In this document: in pieces, positions 36,174-64,000 of the stretch
How positions within the stretch are numbered: position 1 is the stretch's first letter
Layout: each line of letters begins with the position of its first letter
From: Amoebidium appalachense
Lineage: Eukaryota > Protista > Ichthyosporea
Direction: 5' to 3'
Assembly (NCBI GenBank): GCA_963693365.1
Contig: CAVNZM010000016.1
Span: 4,119,957-4,183,956, forward strand
Length of the DNA stretch: 64,000 nt
The notes under the pieces: generated by a model
The model's database searches: none
Told to the model about the DNA's origin: nothing
The model's input: the letters and a program-made list of their open reading frames with translations, nothing else
Made by a program: the position numbers and the translations under genes

Positions 36174-37219
36174 CATGTTTTGCTGACGGTCTGACTGCAG
36201 GCCAACACTGTGGCCTCCGTGAGTCCTCTGCCCACACGGCAGCTGCAGCCCCCCAGGTCAATGGCCACCCACCCTCAAAGCACAGGCAAGAAGTCCAAAT
36301 ATTTAAGGGTGTATGGTGGAATAAACGAGATTCCAAATGGGCTTCAAAGGCTAGCATCGGGTTTCACGTCGGCTATTTCGACTGTGAGGTTTCTGCTGCA
36401 CGGCACACCGACACAGCCATGCGATACCTCGTGCAATGCAAAGTGCTGGATGAGAAATACCTGGCAAGGACCAACGTCAGCCTGGGCTTGTTGGAGCAAT
36501 TTGTGCCCACGTCTGAGGAGATGGAGAAAGTGGTGACCCGGTGGAAGGAAAAGACGGGGAGAGAAAAATCATCCGTGTATCGGGGTGTTTATAGAATTAA
36601 CAGAGCTAGTCGATCTGGAAGCTTAAAGGTGTGGCGTGCACGGTATACTGATGAATCCGGCCAAGAAAACCACATTGGTACCTTCTCTACTGAAGTCGAG
36701 GCGGCATGTGCTGTGGATGTGGCTGTGAGAGCCTCAAAGTTGCCGAAGTCGAAGAAGATAAAAAGGATTAATTTCTACCGGGGAAACGATTACCTCACGG
36801 AGGGCCAAGCACGCAGAAGTGGCTGCATCGGGGTGAAAAGGCATTTGGATTGCGCATCCAAACCATGGTGTACGTCTGCTCAGGCCAGAGTTTCAACACC
36901 TATTGGAAACACCAGTTCCCCTACTTATAGAAATAACCCAAAGGTGCTGAAATATGGAACATTTGTCGGGAAGTATGTAACCAAACTAGAGGCGATGGAA
37001 GCATATGACCGGTATGTGCTGGACCAATGGGCACAGGAGGACGAACCACGGGGCCCTCTGCCCCCCACCAATCTTACCCCAACCAAAAATGGTTATGGAC
37101 TTATAAGTCCACCCACCATACCACCTGTAAGGGAAACCGAAGCTGAAAATGCACACAAAAGGAGAGGCCATCCACGTAAGAACACTCAGCGACACCCACC
37201 CACAATTCACACCAGTTAA
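36174..37219 (+). CDS. Terminal exon of a protein with three AP2/ERF-like domains and a C-terminal AT-hook-like motif
   Basis: Open exon after a (CA)n-CAG acceptor. Domain 1: FKGVWWNKRDSKW..HVGYFDCEVSAARHTD..TN. Domain 2: SSVYRGVYR..WRARY..HIGTFSTEVEAACAVD..INF. Domain 3: SGCIGVKR..FVGKYVTKLEAMEAYD..PTNL. Then KRRGHPRK. Possible upstream exons (~32753-32834, 34610-34703, 35167-35261, 35376-35442) are unresolved. Confidence 0.8.
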
Positions 37220-37279
37220 TTAACGTAATACCCCCAAATCTAGAATTTAAAACACACATATAGGTACCTCCAACCCTTC

Positions 37280-38612
37280 CCCTTTTTTGTGTATTGCTGA
37301 TGTTGAGAGTAATCAAGATTGCATAGACGGAAGGAAGAAAATATACGCAGCTGGCTCTAGTGTGGTGGTGCTAGTGCGGAGGATAGTGTCTAAGTCTCTT
37401 AAGGTGTTGGCACATGTGGGTGCACAGTTGGAGGAGCTGGTGGGAGAGTTGAAGAGACTGGGTGGGTTGGTGGGGGGTAGGGCGTAGGCTTGGGGAAAGT
37501 TCTTTACCTATATAGAATAGATATTGATAGCAGAGTGTGTGCTTGACATTGTATTTGCAAACATCATATATATTGTGCTCTCTCATCTTGCCGATGAACT
37601 TGAACCCTTCGTTCTGCAGTGATAAAAGGAGTGAGATGATGAAAAACCAGCATATGCATGCCCCCCCCCCCCCCCCCCCCCCCGCCCAAACAAAAATGGA
37701 AGGGGGGGGGGGGGGGGGGGGGCACTCGGGAAGGAAAATACTGCAAAGACAAGGGAAGGTTTGTACATGCGATTGAAGACTTGGTAATGTGAAATACACC
37801 ATCATGTCTTCACGTGGTCATATTGGTTGCAGGAGGTCGGTAGGCAGGTACTGTTTGCATAGGTAGTAAGGGGAGCGAGGGAATGAAAGATTACTGGTTT
37901 GTGCGCCATCTGTGCAAGAACAATAATTGACGAGCAGAGCTGTAATATCTGTATTGTTAAACGCACAAAAAAGGAACTATTAAGGAAAAAAAAAAAAAAA
38001 AAAAAAAAAAACCCCCGGGGAACGGGGGGTTAGATAAGGGCAAACACATCACATTTCATGATTTTGAAATATGGGACTGACTAAAAGGGGGACGTACCAC
38101 GGCTTTGAATCGAATGACCTACTGCTGCGCAGGAGCCAGTTGCGATGGGTCCGATCTCATCCTCTATCACTACCCATGTTTTCTCCTAGAAACGTGGGTG
38201 TGGGATGGGAGCTCAAGATGTAAGCAGATGTATGTAAGCATATATCGTTATAAGAACAGTGGGGGAAATCGCGCAGATACAACTATGTTTAATGTGTAGA
38301 AGCAGAAATACCTATTTGTTGTTGAGGAGCAAAAGCAAGGGGACGAAAGATCTGCCACGAGGAAAAATAAAAGTGCGGTGGCTGATCATCAACAGGTTTT
38401 TTCAAAAGAGAAATATATAATGGGGTGGTATGTGGGGCCAGCAGAAAGAGGAGTCTGAAACGGTGTTTGAGAATGAAAAAGACGAAGAGGGAGCCTCTGC
38501 TAAATTTTTGTTAGCCTGTCTGATTTAGGCCTTTACTTGTTTTGTGGGATGGGGGACGGGAGACGCTTAACCGGTACGGACAGGTGGACAGGGCAGAGGG
38601 GTAGTTGTGGGT

Positions 38613-38653
<41 letters not shown>

Positions 38654-38671
38654 CGGGACGGGGGAGAAGGG

Positions 38672-38707
<36 letters not shown>

Positions 38708-38936
38708 GAGCGAGGGAGTGTGTGTGTGAATGTAGAGGGTGCAAGTGTGTGAGTGTGTGGGTGTGTGAGAGGATGTTGTCACGTGAGTGTGTGAGAGTGA
38801 GTGTGGGTGTGGGTGGTGATGTCGTGGTTTAATTTTTTTTATTTTTTCTTGTGTGTGTTTGGTTTGTGTATTGGTTTGTATTTGTTTATATTAACGGTTT
38901 GAGGCTTTTCTTTCTTTTCTTTTTTTTTTTTTTTTT

Positions 38937-38967
<31 letters not shown>

Positions 38968-39790
38968 GGGGGGGATGGGGGGAGGGAAGGGGGGGGATTA
39001 GGGCAAGATACACACCTTAAAGTACCTTTTCAACCCGGGTATTGAGTGATAGAAATATTTGTTTCTGCATTCGTACCTAGAGTAGAACGCAATGGCCACA
39101 CCGCTCTGCAGGAGGCTAAACCTCAGATCGAAGATACTCCCCTCGGCCGTGATGTTTATTTTGTCTTCCGTTACCTCCGTGATGACAAATTTCGCAGTCA
39201 GACTCTCCGAATTCCCCCTCTTGGGCATGTTTCGCAACGATAGCCACGGGAGAGTCGACAGGAATGCCTCGGCAAGTTCTTTGGCACCCCCAGGCTGAAG
39301 GTCTTGGCGGACCTGCTCGTAGAAGGAACCCTGCAAGGCAGGAAGAAAGGTATGAGATACTGGGTAGAATGGGTCACAGGTGTTTCCTACATAATATACA
39401 AGAAAGAAAACCGTTACCACAAACATAGGTATTACATGGCAGGTCTTGGCCGGGGTGCAGATGGTGTATGTGGAGGAGTGGAGCAGGTTAATGATGTGGT
39501 GGGGTTTGAAATCATTGTTATAGCGGGGTGTGGCAAAAAAAAGTTTGCAAAGGTGTTCTGTGGGGTTGTGTACATATGTGCATCATAGGGCCACCACGCA
39601 GAACCACTACTTCACTCTCAATTATGCTAAAGTCTGCTCTCAAAGAACCGTAGCATGGCAAAAGCAATCTGAAAACACAAGGCCCACAATACCTGCAGGC
39701 AGACAATAACAAAGAAAACCTAAGATAACAAGTAGAGCACAGATCGGGCTTCTACCACACTGCCAAACACAAACTCTCACCTTTTTTTTT

Positions 39791-39832
<42 letters not shown>

Positions 39833-39956
39833 GGGGGGGGGACTTTTGCATTGGATGGCTGGGAACTTGAACGAAGAGACATCAAGAGCCTTGAAACTTG
39901 ACAAACCAAAAAAAAAGAAAATAAAAAAAAGACCGAAAAAAGGGAAGAGAGAGGGA

Positions 39957-40008
<52 letters not shown>

Positions 40009-40142
40009 GGGGGGGGGGGGAGGGGGGCAGAGAGGTATATATCGATAGGGAGGGGGGGGGGGGGGAGGGTTAACCGACAGCGAGTGTGCAATCAGCAGTG
40101 CCCCCCCTCCTCCCCCCCCCCCCCCCTCCTCTCCCCTTCCCC

Positions 40143-40193
<51 letters not shown>

Positions 40194-40626
40194 CCGCTTT
40201 TACTCCTTCAGCAAATACTCCAGCCCTTACACCAGTGGTGGGTCATGGCTGCACCAAAACCAGTAGAATACTTGGTAGTAGAGCACAGTTGTGCGAGGAG
40301 TAGAAGAAGCAGTGACACGTGCCGGTTTAGAGACTTGTACAGTAAGTGAATGGACCAGTAAGAAGCACCAGTTTCTCCAAACAAGGAGCTCCGGGGCCGC
40401 GCGGGGGGGGGGGGGGGGGGGGGGGGGGAGGGGGGGGGGGGGAGGGGGGGAGGGGGGATGTATGGGTTAGAGGGTCGGAGATATGGAGGGAACACCAAAG
40501 GACAAAACATAAAACACGTCACAAAAAAAAAAAAAAAAAAAAAAAAACTGACTGCGGGCCATAAATGGAACAATTGAATAAATAGGACAAACAAGGTGCA
40601 GGCAGAAGACACTCCCCCTTGCCGCA

Positions 40627-40684
<58 letters not shown>

Positions 40685-41430
40685 GGCGGGGGAGGGGGGG
40701 GGGGGGGAGGGGGGATTGGTGTATAGCTTCTTCTAATCCAAAAACAAGGAAGGAAAAGAGGGGTCAGAGAAGGGAATAGGGGTTGTTTACCGGCAAAGGC
40801 TTGGCTGGATCATCCACCTTAAACGCAGGAAGATATTCCTCCAACACAGCCGGCCGGACAACATGCCCAGGGGGTGCAGCCTGTAATAGTGCATATTTGC
40901 CTTATAAGTCGAATGTGTAGTGCAACCCCAGAGAATGAATTGATAACTTGATGTGCAGTGCACTGCCCCTACAGACTAATACGTTATACCCATACAATCC
41001 GAGGATAGGCTTGAGTTTTGCAACAGGAGGTGGTGTAGTACAAGCCTAAAAAAGAAAGCCTACTTAGTAATCCAAGTAGTATGTTTGGGTTTCGCAATGG
41101 GAGGTGATGGTAAAAAGCTTGGAGCAGCCTGAGCAACGCCCAAACATCAGGGGAGTCAAGGGATTTGGTGATCATAAAACATCAACAGTTCCTCGGCCAC
41201 TAGGCCTAGGGGAAACAAAGTTACAGGCAGGAAGGAGGAAAACTGCAAACAAAATACGTGCCTTGAAAGGGGGAAGGTGCATGCTAACGGGGGGTAGGGG
41301 AGGGTTGTCCTGTTTTAAAATTGAGTGTTCACACACAGCAAGCGTGGAGATGAGGATTTGAGACACGCTTTTTAACTTGCTTGCTTGACTAATAAAAGTG
41401 TGGTGGAATAGCAACTAAACGCGGTGTGAA

Positions 41431-41471
<41 letters not shown>

Positions 41472-41494
41472 GACGTGTGTGTGTGTGCGTGTGT

Positions 41495-41528
<34 letters not shown>

Positions 41529-41570
41529 CATTTTTGTCCTTTTTATTTTGGAAGGTTGAAGGGGAGTGGG

Positions 41571-41605
<35 letters not shown>

Positions 41606-42011
41606 GGGTTGCCTTGGGTATATCCATGATTCAGTCAATTCGTAGTCCCTCGGTGCTGATGTAGCCTCGAAAGATGCCACAACGTCGTCTTTGAAACTAG
41701 CAACCCACAAAAGAAATTCCAAGCCGCAGCTCACCAAACGAGCACATCTAAAGTGCACCCGAGAGCTTGCTCTGCTTTTATATTTGATCGCTGCTTGAAC
41801 GAAATTTCTCGAATCCCGCAGTTTGCCACATCTGCCAACTTTGTAAACCACACTTACAAGCTGACCAAGCATTGGTCGGTGTGACAGGTAAACACAAGTG
41901 TCACAAGCTAGAACGCGGGCTTTCCTTTGACACCTTACTGCCAGCGGGTTGGCCAGTCCCCACCAGTTCGAGTCACGCTGACCAACCATTTTGCCTAAAA
42001 CGCCCCTTGGC
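37280..42011 (-). pseudogene. Decayed intron-rich KDZ (HMGXB3/CxC4-like) transposase gene
   Basis: Splice-flanked blocks on minus: 42011-41613, 41205-40990, 40880-40791, ~40390-40203, 39692-~39580, 39330-39016, 38515-38312, 38185-38098, 37909-37800, 37613-37508, 37436-~37280. The motifs appear collinear with my recollection of HMGXB3-like transposases: QIP*LP..FLP..ITK*A, LYKSLNRHVS, YCGPC, FYEQV..LPWLS..NSE, GSIFDL, PH..KNLL..LLLLNNK, VVIEDEIG, FIGKMREHN, LEPAAYIFFL. It contains stops and frameshifts. Confidence 0.5.
40625..40685. repeat. (GGC)n trinucleotide tract
   Basis: About 16 GGC units read directly. Confidence 0.9.
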
Positions 42012-42502
42012 CTGGGGTGAAAGGCAGACACGAGTGCGACTTTGGAAACGCAGACACAAATACAAATACATAATAAGCTCAGACAAAAAGAAAGTTTGAG
42101 AGGCTGACATGTACAGCAGCTGTTACATAACCGTCCCCAAATACTCCCATGGAAGGGTAATTTTCAAATTGATGCGCATATATCTATGTTTGAAAGAGCG
42201 CATGATCGAGACGTGTGCAAGTGTATAAAAAACTATTTACACGCCCATGGCCCTATGTGAATCTGTTGACACACATGTTATGACAAGCTTTTTACACGCC
42301 CCTTGGCCTGGGAAAACAGCGAACCGTACAAATAAGTGAATCCGGTAGACAGAATCCCGGCCCCCGGTAGAAATGAGCCATCCCCAGATACTCTCAAGGA
42401 GGAGGGTAAATTTCGATTAGGTTATCTCATTGGTGTCGTTTTGTTTTGGGTGTGTGTGTCATGGTACATGCACAGGGACAGGAGGTCTTTTGGGTTGCCG
42501 GG

Positions 42503-42543
<41 letters not shown>

Positions 42544-43137
42544 TGGGGGCTGCCGGGCTTGGGCATCGCCAATACTGTGTGATTACAAGGGTGGTGATAT
42601 CCGCAATTTGGGGATTACTGGGGGGGGGGGGAGCTGATATACCTTCATATAAAAGCATACAATCGATATAATATCCGTGAAGACGCATCTTTGATAGCTA
42701 GCCTTTTACCTCAGGTTGGGTAGGACTGTTGTTCACGCTAAGCCTTGGTGCCGTCACATAATCACACCCCACATCTCTTTTCACTGCAATTTGAATTGAA
42801 AAAAGCACCGCTGAATACCCCAGACGGTCTCTTTCAATGCACTACCGAACCACCACAAAATGGTCCTGTTGGGGAATAAACCTAAAAAATAAAAAGGATA
42901 AAAAGGCAGTGAGCTTTCACATCAAATCTACACTCCATGATCGGATTGTTTAATGCACTCTACTGTGTGCCTGGGTAAGGAATTTCTTCATACTTATTGC
43001 TGAAAAACGGGAAAACGAGGTTCAGGCGGTAATAATTCCCGTTGTAGTAAAGAACAAAACCCCCCTTGTCGGATATGTGCCACCAGCCGTCAAAAACGGA
43101 CTTGAGGATGCGCCCTATGCTCTTGACAATGTCGATG

Positions 43138-43184
<47 letters not shown>

Positions 43185-43280
43185 GGGGGGGAGGGGGGGG
43201 GGGGGGGGGGGGGGGTGCGCATGTGTGCCTGTGTGTCTGTGTGTGTGCGGGGTATGTGCTTGTGGGTGGATAATGAATAA

Positions 43281-49564
<6,284 letters not shown>

Positions 49565-50305
49565 CTTAATTGCAGAAAAATGGGCAAAACTTGAAATATT
49601 GACAGTTTCTAAATAAAAAAGTTTAAAACAGAAACAACTGCTTTGCTGGTGATGGTGTGGTCACAGAAATCTCAACACGTTTCATTTCGACAACCACAGC
49701 CTGAGAACTTGTTTTTTCAAATCCAGTTTGTTTTGTACATGGTTTGTGATGACGCAAACAACTCTCTTAATGACAGATGCTTAAGATTAGCCATATTTGT
49801 TTATATTTGCATTCATTTCATTGGTTTTTGATAAATGCAGCCCGGGGAAAATAACTCCGGTGTGTAAGCCGGGCGGTAATCGCGTGTACACGTGCGATTC
49901 GGCACACACGAAAAACGTAAAACGTGAAAAGGAGAGTCTCGAGAAAGTGTGAACGAAAGACTTGAGAGAGTATATATGTGACGCATAGAGTATAGACTCG
50001 GTGTGTATGCTTACCCATGAACTGGCATACCTAAACGACTGTAGGGCAGTTTGTGTTTCAACGCTGGATGTTTTTGTCGTTTTCAAGGAAAAGAGACTCC
50101 GGCCAACCAGGTGTTGCACTTTCTGACCAATACAGAAAAGTTGTGGAACATAACACCCACACTAAATCGACCAAGCATACACGTACAAGTGCATATATTT
50201 GCCCACTAAAAACAACAACTGATTATCCACCAAATATATATTAAAAGCATCCACTTTGTCCACTTTGTCTATTTAAGTGCCGGTAGGGCATTATAGACAT
50301 AAAAC
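49565..50305. promoter_or_regulatory. Probable bidirectional promoter between CLN5 and MPP10
   Basis: 741 bp free of microsatellites between two divergent ATGs. Positional inference. Confidence 0.55.
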
Positions 50306-63484
<13,179 letters not shown>

Positions 63485-64000
63485 GCCCGGCAGGGGGCCT
63501 TTTTTCTTTTTCTTTCTTTTTTTGCCCCCCCTTTTTTTTGGGGGGGGGGAAAGAAGGGGGGGGGGGGGGCTTGTTTGTTTTATTTTTATTGCCGCATGTG
63601 GGCTTGGTTTTCATACCCAACAGCATGTCCTGTTATTCTAGTTTGTATCATGAATGTAACTGAATATTTGAATCTGTTTTTGGATTCTCTCACTTTTTTT
63701 ATTTTTTTTTATTTTTTTTTTGGGGGGGGGGGGGGGGAGGGGGGGGGGGGGGAGGGGGGGGGAGGGGGGTGTTACATGCGTACACAGGAAACGGCACGCT
63801 AAACCCTATGGTTTGATTATCTCACTGCACTGTATAGCAAACACGGCTTACAAATATCATAGTCTAATATCATGGTTTCGACTAGAGTCTCAGAAAATTT
63901 CATGGAATGAAATCAACCGATACGTTGAAGCGTCGTGTCGCACTGACTCGATGTTTGTGTTATGTTGCATCTCGCTTCTACAATACATGTGGTGTCTAAG

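Larger units (their letters stand above)
31404..43111. mobile_element. Putative ~11.7 kb DNA transposon (KDZ/Zisupton-like) with imperfect terminal inverted repeats and an AP2 passenger gene
   Basis: Left end GCGTCCTAAAGTCCGTTTTCAACGGCTGGTGGCACATATCCGACAAG (31404) versus reverse complement of the right end GCATCCTCAAGTCCGTTTTTGACGGCTGGTGGCACATATCCGACAAG (43111). Similarity continues over 31404-31600 / 42911-43111, and more weakly to ~31730 / ~42820. It encloses a transposase-like pseudogene and an AP2 gene. No target-site duplication found. Confidence 0.6.

Noticed and set aside
37280-42011. Stop-codon reassignment or selenocysteine to explain the in-frame stops
   Set aside because: Frameshifts are also present, and host genes end normally in TGA/TAA.
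31396-43119. Target-site duplication for the putative KDZ element
   Set aside because: The flanks CCACGGCT and GCCCTATG do not match. No TSD can be claimed, which lowers confidence in the exact ends.

Overview
Eukaryotic, intron-rich genomic DNA. The gene content is opisthokont-like and possibly from a unicellular holozoan (inference only). Introns are filled with poly-C/poly-G runs and (CA)n/(GT)n tracts, so almost all ORFs in the supplied track are low-complexity artefacts. Hand-spliced genes: the 3' part of protoporphyrinogen oxidase (+, 96-8484), complete deoxyhypusine synthase (-, 10701-19121), a frameshifted BTB/POZ + WD40-like gene (+, 19962-24188), CLN5 (-, ~43281-49564) and MPP10 (+, 50306-63484). 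An accessory block lies between 25.2 and 43.1 kb. It holds a Ty1/copia remnant lacking integrase and a putative ~11.7 kb DNA transposon (~31404-43111) bounded by ~200-300 bp imperfect inverted repeats. That element carries a decayed, intron-rich KDZ/HMGXB3-like transposase gene (-), a convergent open exon encoding three AP2 domains plus an AT-hook-like motif (+), and a 255-bp palindrome built of modules separated by a repeated GATTTTTCC core. This AP2-carrying element and the CA-tract/complementary-repeat intron architecture are the best novelty candidates. Family assignments come from motif recognition by eye, not database searches.
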